Source of the DNA: Chara braunii
Lineage: Eukaryota; Plantae; Charophyceae
Assembly (NCBI GenBank): GCA_003427395.1
Contig: BFEA01000020.1
Span: 4,919,224 to 4,983,223, forward strand
Reading direction: 5' to 3'
DNA: 64,000 bases
The first letter of the stretch is position 1; each line of letters starts with the position of its first letter. The notes below the pieces were generated by a model, which was not told the DNA's origin, did not search any database, and worked only from the letters and a program-made list of their open reading frames with translations. Made by a program: the position numbers and the translations under genes. This document shows, in pieces, positions 49,981 to 62,339 of this stretch.

Positions 49981-51621
49981 TCAGCACCCGGCGGGTCGTT
50001 GGTATGCCGGGGGTAAGGATGGACAACGCTCATTCATATTCTCATAAGGAGGAACGGAGTTATAAGCAGGCAAGAACATGCGGTAGCGACCAAGAATCTG
50101 ACAGTAAGGCATCGGTACCTCAGCAGCGCGATGGCACCATTCTGGAAGCAGTTTCTCATCATCATTAAAGATCTTGAGCATGTACACATCCCTAACGGTG
50201 AACTCGGTGGCCTGAAACTTCCCTGTCAGGTTTCCGAACAGACCAGCAGCCATGTATGCCTGCATCACGAGCACATTGCACGTAACCGACTTTCCGTCAC
50301 TGTACTCCCAGTCATCTCTCTCGGGAATGGTGAGGAGTTGGGCAAAAGTTATCCCTCTTTTGGAACATTCTCGCATGATTTCTGGAACATCCAAATCTGT
50401 AGTTCTGAGCCGCTTATTCAGTGCCTCGACCCACAGGTTTGCGGCATAATCTGGCTGCATTCGCGTCCAGATCGACATGATAGAAGCTACCACATGAGCA
50501 TCGACAGGCGGGGGATAATTATCTGACACAACATCCACCCAGCTGAAGATCATGTTGTGATATCCATAAGGTTTCCCATCCATTTCACACACATACTGCC
50601 ATGCTTTCTTGCCATCAAACTTGGCCTGTAATGAGGAGTGTAATGGAAGAAGGGTGATATGAGGATCGGAGGAATCGTGTACTTGATAGTCCAACCATTC
50701 CTCCCACCTTTTCCGACCAATAACCTCCTCCCCTTTTTCATTCTCCACACCACCTTCAGCAACCCAAAGATGACCCTCAGGGTCCCGGACACACAGTGCC
50801 GTGTGTCCCGCAAATGAACCAGTTACCCATTTCTCAAGGGTCTCAAACCCGCCCCAACGCCCCTTCAGCTTCGAAAGCACGATAAATGTACCGGTCGAAA
50901 TTTCGTCTTCATTCACTGTCACAGCCCATGGCTTGTCTCTCAACTGGAACTTAGTGTTCATGTGCCGCTCAATGAATTGCACATTCCTTCGCTCGCCGAA
51001 CGCTGTGTTACTGAAGAGTGGAAACACATCCCACAGGGCATGCAAAGTACCAATCATACCTGCCGGCATTAAGAACACCTGAACACCTTTCCTCTTTATA
51101 TGATACAACTCGCCGTCAAAGAAATGCTTGATTGTGAGTGTGTGGTGCCTTGACAGGAAGTAGAAGTCCCATGTGATGCGATATGGTGTACAGAAGACAT
51201 ACAGGTCGAGACACGTCCAGCTGTGTGGCGAATCGGTCTCTACGCTAACAACTGCTCCATCCGTTTGATTGTTGTCACCATTCAAAGTGAGGTTAATGGA
51301 CGCCTTTGTCTCATGGAAGCACGTTCCATTCCACGATAGCTCCTTCCCAGGAATAAGAGAACCCATGTACTTGGGCAAGATATCCTCCGCACTTTCTAAC
51401 AGGTTTTCTCCCCCTGAAAACCGCAGCTGGGATTTTGTCAATACACGAATGATGCGTCCCATGTTGGCATGGAGAGCACTATACTCATCATCATACGCAA
51501 AGAGTGAAGGGGAATATTGCGATATGCAGAAGACTGGAAGCTCCTGAACGGAAAGGATAATCAAGAGGATCCAGAAGCTGCAAGATAGGTAGCGCAGACC
51601 GCAACTACCTGGTCGCCACAT
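49981..51621 (-). CDS. Conserved uncharacterized plant protein, signal peptide/anchor; putative permuted papain-like (NlpC/P60 YiiX-type) hydrolase
   Basis: 546-aa uninterrupted ORF with hydrophobic N-terminus. Motifs GRWGGFETLEKWVTGSFAGHTA, GKPYGYHNMIFSW, NLWVEALNKRL, SVTCNVLV..AY.AAG, QATEFTVRDVY match a plant family I recall (Arabidopsis AT1G70160/AT4G27020/AT5G54870-like; to be verified). Confidence 0.88.
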   Translation of the reverse strand: MWRPGSCGLRYLSCSFWILLIILSVQELPVFCISQYSPSLFAYDDEYSALHANMGRIIRVLTKSQLRFSGGENLLESAEDILPKYMGSLIPGKELSWNGTCFHETKASINLTLNGDNNQTDGAVVSVETDSPHSWTCLDLYVFCTPYRITWDFYFLSRHHTLTIKHFFDGELYHIKRKGVQVFLMPAGMIGTLHALWDVFPLFSNTAFGERRNVQFIERHMNTKFQLRDKPWAVTVNEDEISTGTFIVLSKLKGRWGGFETLEKWVTGSFAGHTALCVRDPEGHLWVAEGGVENEKGEEVIGRKRWEEWLDYQVHDSSDPHITLLPLHSSLQAKFDGKKAWQYVCEMDGKPYGYHNMIFSWVDVVSDNYPPPVDAHVVASIMSIWTRMQPDYAANLWVEALNKRLRTTDLDVPEIMRECSKRGITFAQLLTIPERDDWEYSDGKSVTCNVLVMQAYMAAGLFGNLTGKFQATEFTVRDVYMLKIFNDDEKLLPEWCHRAAEVPMPYCQILGRYRMFLPAYNSVPPYENMNERCPSLPPAYQRPAGC

Positions 51622-51708
51622 TTTTGACAGGTGCTATAGGAGATTTGCCGCCACACAACAGTGTCTGCTGGACTTCGACAGATTCCGTTGTGTCCTTCAC
51701 TTTCGCAA

Positions 51709-51801
<93 letters not shown>

Positions 51802-54017
51802 AGCGGTGTTTGGGATTACCCCCCGTATCTGCATACATTTGTTCTCCAAATGACACCTTTAGAATACCAGAGGACCACAGATGTCGGCCCGCCCAGTCAG
51901 GTCAAAACTGCAGACAACAGCTGGCAACCAATCCCCACATCTCCTGCACCATACAACACCGATTTTGCTTAAAACAAAGATCAAGAAATCACCACACTTT
52001 TCAAACGTTTTTCATGGTTCAATAATGATGCAAAATAATAACCAAGCCCCGAGCCTGAGAACTCACCACTTCAGCTAACAAACCTGCCTCCCTTCGGACG
52101 CCGTGATTTGAGTTTGGCCTTAGAAGCAAGCCGAGCAAATTCAACAAAATTGACTCAGACAATTGACATTGACACAAGATCAACCTTGCATATTGTCATC
52201 AGAACAGCTAATCAAACCTACACATAGTCACAGGAAGTCACCTTTAATGTGGCCGCAGGTGCTATGTACGGCTGAAGCTAAGGCCTGTACGACAACAGCC
52301 CAAGAACACCACCAGTCCTCACACAATGGGGCACGGTCGGATTCCCTGCAGTTATCCACTCACAGACAAAGAAAGTTGAGGGATATAGTAAGAGGACACA
52401 AGCAAGTGTGACGAGGGAAAACAGAGCAACAAACGTATAACAATGGGGTGAACCAACAGTGACATTGTGCATCTGAAGGGGGTAGCTATATGAGTCCTTG
52501 GGGCATTTAACTTTCACGTTCCTGGCTGCAATTTTGGCATTTTGTGAACCAAAATCGTAAGGCCCTACTGGCGGGAACCCAGTAAGGTCTGACGATATCT
52601 GTTCGAAAAATGCCAAAGTTGCAGGAACGTCAAAGTTAAATGCCCTAAAGGGGTACTCCACTTCAATATTGGGCCTCGCTCCACTACTCACGAAATGTGC
52701 AATTTTTGGTTAAAAAAGCCTTCAGGTTTTCTTAAAAATAGCATTAAGAAAATACTGAAATTTTGGGTCTCTGTTAACCACCACTCGCAAAATGAGAATG
52801 AATCTTCCGTCAGAACATGGGAAGATACGCCGCCAAATTTTTGCCTTTTGTCCATGCGGAGAGTAGTGGAGCGAGGCCCATTGTGGTAAAGGCAGATCAT
52901 GAGGTTCCCCATGGTACTCATCAGACACGAACGATGGAGAGTGCATCGTTCAGTGAAGATGGCAAGAGATGTCTGCCACTTATACCACCACTCCAACAAC
53001 GGCCGCACTGTTGATTCTTCTTGTCTACAAGTCCCAGGGCAGAATCTACAGTGCCCAGACCCGGTTGAGGTTTGGTGGGGCAGGGTACCACAATTACTTT
53101 CCTCACAGCGACACTGTAGATTCTAGGCTCGGGGAAATGCAACCGTTGGTTTGTCAAAATAGGTCCTGATGGACTGGTTGCAAGGAAAACGAGCAAGAGC
53201 AAAATGACAGAATTCCAAATTGCAACATCACATTGAAAGCCAGATAGTCGCGAGCTGTCCAGAAAGCAGAAATGCACCAATATCACACCGAAGGAGACCA
53301 AACCAACGAACTCAGTTGTCAATTTCAGCCCTTATCTCGCCTCCATCAACAATGTGCTCAGTGTCTTTTATCCTACTTGGCGGCGTGGCACTCAGCGCCC
53401 AGACTATGATCGCACAGCTGCTATACTAGAATGCACTAATGATGATGGAACAGGAAGACTTCAGCAGGAGAAACCAATGAACGTGCAGATGTCGCACATG
53501 CAGACCTCCCCGACGAACCAGGCACGTGCCCTCTCTTTCTCTCTCTTTCTCATGCCTCTCAGCTCACACTCATCTTCTACCCACACCTCTCCTCTCCTGA
53601 AGACCACCACCATACCCCGCTGGCAACCTTGTGCCCCAGCCCGTGTATGGTTGGCTGTGCTCTGCACTGCTCCAGGCAGTGCCCTTCTCCCCCTGCACCC
53701 CCGTGCGCCCAGGCCTTTGTCTCTAGTGGCCGACCAGCACTCAGAATGGCAGCACTGCCGCATTGCACAGAGTGCCCAAATGAATCCCTCGCAGGTGGGC
53801 ACTTTCCTATATGTAAAGTGCTTGTGTGGACGGCAGCCTGGGCCTGGCGACCGTGTGCCCACTAGCTTCATGTTGGGCCAAAGTGTCTGAACCCAAGCCC
53901 AGTTCAGACAGCGGCCTGGGACCGAAGCAATTAGGCGCGCCCAACTGTATGACGTGGCCTGGGTGACTTGCTGCAGTGGGGCCCCTGTATAGGCCTGCCG
54001 AGGTCATAATCCTCGCA

Positions 54018-55914
54018 CTCCCTCCTCCATTACTTCAATAGTCCTCTGAGAAGTTCTTAATCAGTCAGCTGTTTACCCTTCAGTCTTCTCTCATACCCTG
54101 TGACAACCTGTGAAGCAATCTTCATCAACACTTCCCTGGTAAACCATCTGTCCTCCTTGGGATCAACATGGTGCCTGAACCATACCCGATACTGCATCTG
54201 CGGTTTCGGTGGCCATTCGCAAAGGCTTCGGGACCGGAATCATCTTGTGCTCAATGATGTCCTCGATGCCGATGTGTCCATCCATGGTTGGGGGAAGCAT
54301 GGATCTTCTTGAAGGGAACTGGTCTGTCCCAGTGAACGGTGCAAGTTTGGAGGCATGGTGAACAGGGTGTGTGCCTAAGTGTCCGAGGATTCGCATGACA
54401 TATGAGGGTCCATCCGGATATCTCTCAGACCCATCGCAGACGACTTAACCCACACTCTATCACCTCCCTGAAAGTTAGACGGCCGTCTGTGCCTATTCTC
54501 AGATGCAACCATGGCATCTTGAGCTTTCTGCATTTGTTCCACAGCCTGCTGCAGCATCTTATCATAACTGACAGCAAACTGTATGTTGCCAGGTGCTCCT
54601 ATTGGCTGGTTTTCAGGCAACAGAAAGTCTAGAGCAGATCGGGGCCTCCAACCAAGATGTAGCTGGTTGGAAGCCATGTTGTACAGGCTGGCAATGAAGG
54701 GCAACTTCTCATCCCAATCATCCTGGCTCTCGACTTGATGTAGTGCCGAAGCAAGTGCTGCACTACCCGGTTCATCTGTTCCGCTTGGCCATTTGACTCA
54801 GGATGGTTCCCTAATGTCATCTGAATTGGGTGCCCATCTGCTTTGTCGTGCTCTGCCACAATTCACTCATGAACCGGACATCCCTGTCACTAACGATGGA
54901 CTTAGGAAGACCGAAATCACACGCCCAGTTGTCCATGAACAGCTTGATAACCTGGTCAGTCTTGAAGGTCTCAAGCATCGTGACTAGTCTAACGTCCTTA
55001 CTAAACCTGTCCACAATGAAGATGTGTCGTTTACCACTTTTGCTGGTCACGAGTGCATCCACGAAGTCCATGGACACACTCTGCCCTGCGCCAGCAGGGA
55101 TAGGCAGGGGTTGATAAGCCTATGCAGTGCCTGCGTCGTTGGTTTGTCGTGTTGACAAACCTGACATGTTTCCACATACTTTTTAGCATCCTCCACCATC
55201 CTGGGTCATCAACAACACTGTACTAAATTCGCTGAAGTCTTCTTGAAACCGAAGTGGCGAGTTGCATCATGACACTTGCCTAAATACAAACTATGCAAGG
55301 ACTTGGTAGGTGATACACAGTCTTTTGTTCCCTGCCTGTGTTCCCTGCCTTCTTGAAAAACAGCAAGCCTTCAACCAGCACAAACTCATCAAACGTGGCC
55401 TTGTCTTCGACCTCAAGTTTGCGCATGATATCAGACATCAAAGGGTCCACTCAATTGGCTTCCACCATGGATCAAGATATATCATCCGAAACATCAAACT
55501 CGATCACCAGAGCGCCCAAATAATCTGCCCTTTGCGATAGTGTCCCCTACCTGATTGTACTCCCCCCTTCAAGTGATCTAACTTGAAGTCATACATGTTT
55601 ATGACTTGGATCCATCTCTTCAGTGCATCGGAGAGAGAAGGCTGCATCTTAATCCAGCGAAGAGTCTCATGGTCAGATCTCACATAGAAAAATTTGCCAA
55701 GGAGGTAGTGCCTCCAATGAGTCAACGCCTTGTACAGGGCATAGAGCTCGAGCTCATAGGTGGACTTAGCTAGCTTTTGAGATGGCATATTCTTACTCAT
55801 GTACTCGATTGGCCTCAACTTCTTCCCCTCCTGCTGTGCAAGGACCGCGCCAATGCCATACTGGCTGGCATCTGTGGTCACAATGAAAGGCTTCTCAGGA
55901 TCTAGAAGCTTCAA
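54018..55914 (-). pseudogene. Gypsy remnant: RNase H, integrase, chromodomain, PPT
   Basis: IVTTDASQYGIGAVL, ELELYAL, SMDFVDAL, IVSDRDVRF, HPESNGQAEQMN. PPT GGAGGAGGGAG (54018-54028) followed by TG on the minus strand. Confidence 0.88.
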
Positions 55915-56006
55915 GACCTCATAATGCGTGAGAGCTTACTTCAGTCAATCCAGACTTTTTTTGGGTTGATTGATTGACTGACTGGTTGCAGGGGGGTCGC
56001 CCCTTC

Positions 56007-56047
<41 letters not shown>

Positions 56048-56551
56048 CATGGGGGCCCCACCAGTCGTTTTGCAGGCAACTAATTTACCCACCCAAATTT
56101 TTTTGTTTTGTTTATCTAAATATACACCTATATACAACACAATCTCCGCCATGGATTTCCAAAAAAAACAAAAGCAAAAAAAAAAAAAAAAGTCCGACGT
56201 TTGGCCAAACGCCGCCCAGGGGAATCCCGAAGGTTCGGTCGTCAGGCCGTCTTGTCCTGCCCAAGCCAGCCTCAGGTAATGGGCCTAATCACCGTAAGTA
56301 TGACAGGCCTAGTCACCATAAGTACAACAGGCCTAATCACTGTAAGTACGAGTGTTTGCTGGACTAGACAATAAAGATTGCAAAAAAGTGAAGCAAAAGT
56401 CGCAACCAGGCACGAAATGAACATAACTCACTTTCATACTCACACTAGCTCTATCTCAAATGCACCTGACCAGATTTAGGGCTGGACCTAGATGCATCTC
56501 ACCACAATCATGTCCGTAAATAATCAAGTCCTAATCTGAGTATGCCCTTAA

Positions 56552-57891
56552 ACCACCAGTACCGGCCCTTACATCAGTTGTGGGGCGTTGTCGTTAATGC
56601 CCCGCAACTTTCGCAGCCTCAAGGCCAATGATAAATCGCATCGACGGCCCAGAGTGACAAACTATTTTCTGTACTCGGGCGACTTTTTGCGCGAAGCTGC
56701 TTTGAGGGGAGTGGGACGGGCCGGTCGGGTGAAGTACGTAGGAATGGGTTGGCCGGGCGGGTTGCATGGATGCCCTCGCTTCTTTTCGTTTTTCTTTTGG
56801 ATTTTGTTGGGCCAGTACCGGGAAAAGTCCCGCGTAGGCAGTTAGGTGACCGCACCTTAGCAAGTGCGAGAAATAACTGTTGCCATAGCTTCTTTCTTGT
56901 TCTGCTGTCGGCACTGGGAATTTTTGGCGCAATCGTCACGCGAGAATATCGTTTCGAATTTGCGAACGGGTTGGCCGGGCAGGTTGCATGGATGCCCTCG
57001 CTTCTTTTCGTTTTTCTTTTGGATTTTGTTGGGCCAGCACCGGGAAAAGTCCCGCGTAGGCAGTTAGGTGACCGCACCTTAGCAAGTGCGAGAAATAACT
57101 GTTGCCATAGCTTTTTTCTTGTTCTGTTGTCGGCACTGGGAATTTTTGGCGCAATCGTCACGCGAGAATATCGTTTTGAATTTGCGAACAATGTCAAGCC
57201 CCCGCGGGCTCTCGAAATTATTTTTCCTTCGGAATTTCTTTTCGCAATTAGGATTTAGACTAGGAATTTAGGTACCTTGCAATCTGGCTGCACGACGCAT
57301 CTTGCTTGCGCGCACCGTGCCTCGGCAAGATCTGGGCTCTGATCCCGTGCGCCTTAATCTTGCGTGTAACTGTAATTTCTGGCAGGCGTGATTGCAACTG
57401 TAATCTTCTTGTTCTTGATGTCCTTCGTGTTTCCTCTTTCCCGCCTCACCCTCGCCCGTGTATGCACATCCCTTTCTCTGTTCTAATTGGTCCCCACGAT
57501 GCATGACTGGAGCGACGCATGGAGAGTGGTTCCGTCCCTCGCGCCGCGGCCTGGCCATGCAGACGTAGGCACCTCCTCCTCTCTCTCTACTTTGGCATAA
57601 TCCCGAGTTCCTCGCACAACCATGCATGCTATAAATTTCGCAAGCGCGATTAGTTCTCTCTCTATGATTTTGGAAGTTAGCGCGGTCAGTGAGGATTGGC
57701 TAACGAGTAAGTTGGAAGGTGAGTAGAGTGAGTCGGGCGATCCGACGAGCTGGTGCCGAGCAAGCGGGGTTGACGTGCGGGCCACAACGGACTGTGGCGC
57801 ACGGGCGAACTTGACTTGCATGCTCAGACTAAGCGGATGACGACTCGATGTTGGTGCGAGGCGACGGACTGCCCGCATCAGGAATGGTGGG

Positions 57892-57943
<52 letters not shown>

Positions 57944-59476
57944 GTGTTGGGAAGGTGTCTCTTCTCCCCTCATTTGTGTAATTTTGATACTTGGCACCAA
58001 CCATCTTTTGCTTGCGGCTATCTCGGATTTTCTTTCTTTTCAATTAACGGCGAGTGATCTGATCCGTTTTCCTGACTCTACTTCTCTACGAGCTTGTCGA
58101 GTTGGGTGTGATAATCGTCTGTATCTGATTTCGGCGCGTTTTGGGCCAAAACGGTGTGAATGAATGGTCGAGTTGGCTGGAGTGTTGTGATGCATGCATA
58201 CTTGTCGATTTCTCATTTCTCTCCTTTTGCAATATAGACTAGGAAGTCTTGTGATTGACCATGCTCCCGCCCCCAAGCTCTGAATTTCGATCAATGCATG
58301 GATGTCGAGCTTTAGAGGAAATACGTCTTTTGGTCCGTTTGAACTGGCAATCAGAATGGTCGATCGTTCGTTGGTCTCGCGATCTTTGCATGCTATACAC
58401 ACATGTAACAACATATTCATGGGTGTTTCGAAGGGAAACGAAGTAGATGTGCATGTTAGGTGTATGGATGTATTCCCTTAGGCACACCCGACCGAACTCA
58501 TTCTCGGAGAACGACACACAAATCTTGTGCATGCACGTGTAAGCTCGACCCCGAGGGTCGTCGCTTACACGCGTGTCTACAAAACTTGCCTACGGCCCGC
58601 CTCCCGAGTGACAGGGGATCTGCTAGACCTGCAGCATGAATGTTGAAACTCCTTTCCATGTTACCGATCGCGAGTGTTTGAGAGACCAGAAATTCCGAGA
58701 ATATTGGGAGCGCACGCACTTCTCTGCACGCCCCAGAGCCAAACTCCCGGAATTCCCCTATCAAACGGGGCGCGAGCGCGTTTGTCAGTGGGACATCGGG
58801 CGAGCCTTAAACGACATTCCCTACCCTTTTCGTCGTTCTGGCCAGCCCACGTGTCAGATTATCGCGGAACCCGACGTCGTTATCATCGAAACAGAATATC
58901 CTCCTTATTACCTCAAATACCCTTCTGTAGCCAAACGATCGCCCCCTAGCGTGCGATTGCTCCTCACTGGCGTGACCCACATTGTTCTGAGTGCCAGCAG
59001 GATCGAGCCTACCGAGCCACGGGGTTCACCCGACAAACCCTCTCCGAAACCGAGCGGCGGGCACACAGTCTTTGACTGAGGCCTGCCACGTCAGATTCCG
59101 AAACTTGCGACGTTCGTCGGCAACAAATACTCAGACAGCGCGACAGCCACAGCGTCCCGCCGGTACACCAACTACGAAACCGACCCCGACGACGGAACCC
59201 GCAAAGGCGGTGACCCCTATCTACGTAGCACTAAACCCAGGCGCGATCCGCGACCACCGTCCTGCAGCTTTGTCCCTGAAACTTGCCACCGGAGATCCCA
59301 GTTCCGACCTGGGACTCCNCCCCTTCCCCCCCCCCCCCCCCACACTTTCCTAAAATCCTTGGCACACCCCTTTTTCGCACTTCTGGGCCCCCATTTCACT
59401 CCGAACGGGAAGTCGCGTTGGGCGTGAGGTTGGGCGTCACACCCCGCAGCCGATGTATGGAACAAGTACCGGTGGT
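56552..59476. mobile_element. 2.9-kb non-autonomous TTAA-ACCACC family element
   Basis: TTAA|ACCACCAGTAC (56548-) and GTACCGGTGGT|TTAA (-59480). No recognisable transposase. Confidence 0.75.
56746..57189. repeat. 222-bp near-perfect tandem duplication
   Basis: Units start GGGTTGGCCGGG at 56746 and 56968. Confidence 0.92.
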
Positions 59477-59755
59477 TTAAAGATGAAGTTGGATCAACTT
59501 TCAATCCATTTTTTGCATTGAAAATGTATTGCATAACAAAAATAATCTATTGCATGCTTTATCAATTCTCTCTACCGATCAAAACTTTTGTTTTCCGGGC
59601 TGGTCCTAGATTTTTGAATTTTTTTCCTGAGAACAATACAAGAGACGAATATGAATAAGGCTTAGTGCCAACCAGATTTGATAGTCCGCTTGATGCCTCT
59701 AATCGGTACTAGTAGGGTCTTTGGCCAAGACGGTGTGAGTGTAAGCGTGAGTGGC

Positions 59756-59915
59756 TTGTGTGTGGTGTGCGCGAGTGTTGGCCTTAGACAGTGCTGCTAC
59801 TCGATGGGGGGTGGGGCACAATGAAAAGGGAGGTGGGTTGTGTGTGGTGTGTGCAAGAGTGTTGGCCTTAGACACTGCTGCTACTCGATGGGGGGTGGGG
59901 GACGGTGAAAAGGGA
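59756..59915. repeat. ~81-bp tandem duplication
   Basis: GTGTGGTGTG..GAGTGTTGGCCTTAGACA.TGCTGCTACTCGATGGGGGGTGGGG x2. Confidence 0.85.
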
Positions 59916-60090
59916 GGCACAACTACTAGAAAAATGTTTGGTCTTTGGGTCAGCCAGACCCCCACTGGTGGCCGCAGCCCTACACCCTTAACCGCTAGGG
60001 CAAGGGGCAACATGCAATATCCCTTCAGAGTGAGAGGTGGCTATGTTTGCAGGGTTTCCCTCTATATAGCCTTAGGAGTAAATAGTGCAA

Positions 60091-60172
60091 GTGGCATGTG
60101 GCTCAGTGGTTAGGGCACCGGTTGTCAATGTGAATTGTGGTATGGGGTTGCAGGTTCAAAACTCCGCGCCTC
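60091..60172 (+). mobile_element. tRNA-derived sequence (SINE head or pseudogene)
   Basis: A-box TGGCTCAGTGG (60099-60109) and B-box GGTTCAAAAC (60153-60162). Degenerate stems. Confidence 0.55.
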
Positions 60173-61421
60173 TATACAGAGACACCGGCGGGCGTTTACA
60201 TAACACATGGTCACTTGCATACCCCTTGGGCTGACGCAGGTAAAGCTATTACAGACACTGCTTGCGCACTACCCAAGAGATTGCTCATGGTGTTGTATGC
60301 TGGGTCTTGATGTTGTGTGGGTTGCTTGTCGCTGTTAGTCTTGGTTGTTCTGCTGATCTTCCCGGTCGGGCATACCATACACACGTACCATGTATGACTG
60401 TTGCACCCATGTTAGAGTCTTCCAATTGCATGCCATAGATCATGGGTTCGAGTCTGGCTTGGGACCTTGGGGGGGTTCTTGGTTTGACTTGGCCCATCAT
60501 CCAACACATAGTCCACACAATCACATACCACATACGCAGAGCTTAAGGACACACATATGTGCTGGTGGGGTGATAGGAGCACCTCTCAGCACTGCTCACT
60601 TCGTAGAAGCTCCATGGTGGGAATAGCGTCTGCTAACATAGCCTGAGGGCACATACACACACACAGCCTCCGGGCACACACATATAGCCTATGGACACAT
60701 ACACACACACACATACACAGCCTCCGGGCACACATATATTGTCACAGAACTATTGACTAAGGGCGTAAGCACGTGAAGTAGAAGAAGAAATAAGATGAGC
60801 GAAAAAAAGAAAAATGAAAGGACAGGCAGGCAAAGAGACTGACAAACTAGAATGACAAAAAACAGTGTCCTCTTCTTCTTTGTTTCACTGTATTCTTATT
60901 TCTTTCAGTGTTTTACAACAACAAAAAATGAAAACACTAACCAAAGGATAAAAAACAAAGACAAAGACACATTGAAATCATTCACTTTCTGAGTCTTCTT
61001 AACTCCTCCACCGTGCCTCTGTACAAGGCTCGCCACGTTGATGAAGTTGAGCGCGAGCTTCCCCCATCCCTGTATGCCATGACAGCCCACTTGCACACTA
61101 TGGGAAAGAGGCAGAGTGAAGGAAGAGGTGTTAAACACAAGGAAGAGAGGAGCAGAAAAGGAAAAATCAATAGGCAGATGGAAAAAAAAATAAAAAAGGT
61201 GACACAAACATCTTCTTTCGTTCACTGCATTCTTCTTTCTTTCACAGTTTTGCAGTTTTGGTGAAGAGCCTACCACGTTGCACACCACCACTTCTTCACT
61301 TTTTACTCTCATTTTCACCCTTCAGACTTTTTCTTTGAGGGCGTTACGGTGCAGGGTACAAACAAAGTAAAATGACAAACTTATGTTCTTCTTTTACTGC
61401 ATTCTTCACAGTTTTGCAGTT

Positions 61422-62339
61422 TTAGTGAAGCGTTTCCCACCTTTGCACATTCCTGTACACTCTTTCAGTGCACCTGCACATTTTTGTCAGGGTGAAAGGT
61501 ATGTCTAAGTAAGACCCCTCACGACAGACAGGACAACTATCATAAGGATGCGGGCGATGGTAGCNGCCCTCCCGCTGATCTATAGGACGAAAACCATTAA
61601 GGTAAGCAACTGCGTCACAACAGGAGCCAGGGCGGCTAACATCAACCATACCTCTGAAGCATGCACGGCAGAGGGCATGCCGGTTGCAGGCCATGACGAT
61701 TGTGGGGCATTCACCATCATAGTTAAGTGCACATTCGCTATAGCACCCGTGGGCACAAATGGGACATACTGCATCTGGATACAGGTGGCAGCGCTGCCGA
61801 CAGCAGGCCCGAAAAATTGTACGGTTGTAAACATCAACCATACCTCTTAAGCATGCACGGCAGAGGGCATGCCAGTCGCAGACCATGACGATTGTGGGGC
61901 ATTCACCATCACAGTTAAGTGCACATTCGCTATAGCGTCCGTAGGCACAGATGGGACATACTGCATCTGGATACAATTGGCATCCCTGCCGACAGCGGGC
62001 CTGAAAAATTATACGGTTGTAGCCAAGTGTAACTGTGTCAGTGATCGCACAACGAAGGAGGTCACAAGGTGTTAGTGCAGCATGTGGGGGAATGAAGACT
62101 AAAGCAGACACGGTGACCGACATGGAGGTAGGCACGGAGACAGACACAGAAACGGCCATGGAGACAGGTGCAGAGGCAGGCACAGAGATAGGTGCAGAGG
62201 TAGGGACGGAAGTACACGAGGTACCCATCGGGTCAGTAACATGGAAGGAGACAGACACAGAAGCAGGCACAGGGACAGGTACAAAGGCATGCACAAAGAT
62301 AGGCATAGAGACGGGCATGGAAGTACACAAGGTACCCAT
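61422..62339 (-). CDS. Putative RING-HC (C3HC4) zinc-finger protein with duplicated RING half; gene, pseudogene or TE ORF
   Basis: CPIC-x22-C-x2-H-x2-C-x2-C-x41-CPVC. A 192-bp in-frame duplication. Low-complexity V/P/S/T N-terminus. Confidence 0.5.
   Translation of the reverse strand: MGTLCTSMPVSMPIFVHAFVPVPVPASVSVSFHVTDPMGTSCTSVPTSAPISVPASAPVSMAVSVSVSVPTSMSVTVSALVFIPPHAALTPCDLLRCAITDTVTLGYNRIIFQARCRQGCQLYPDAVCPICAYGRYSECALNCDGECPTIVMVCDWHALCRACLRGMVDVYNRTIFRACCRQRCHLYPDAVCPICAHGCYSECALNYDGECPTIVMACNRHALCRACFRGMVDVSRPGSCCDAVAYLNGFRPIDQREGXYHRPHPYDSCPVCREGSYLDIPFTLTKMCRCTERVYRNVQRWETLH

Noticed and set aside
52688-53008. hAT dimerisation domain suggested by LLEWW
   Set aside because: Lacks the downstream P.L..A...ER.FS motif.
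56619-57258. ORFs with a 74-aa repeated hydrophobic unit
   Set aside because: Explained by the 222-bp DNA duplication; open on both strands with no recognisable family.
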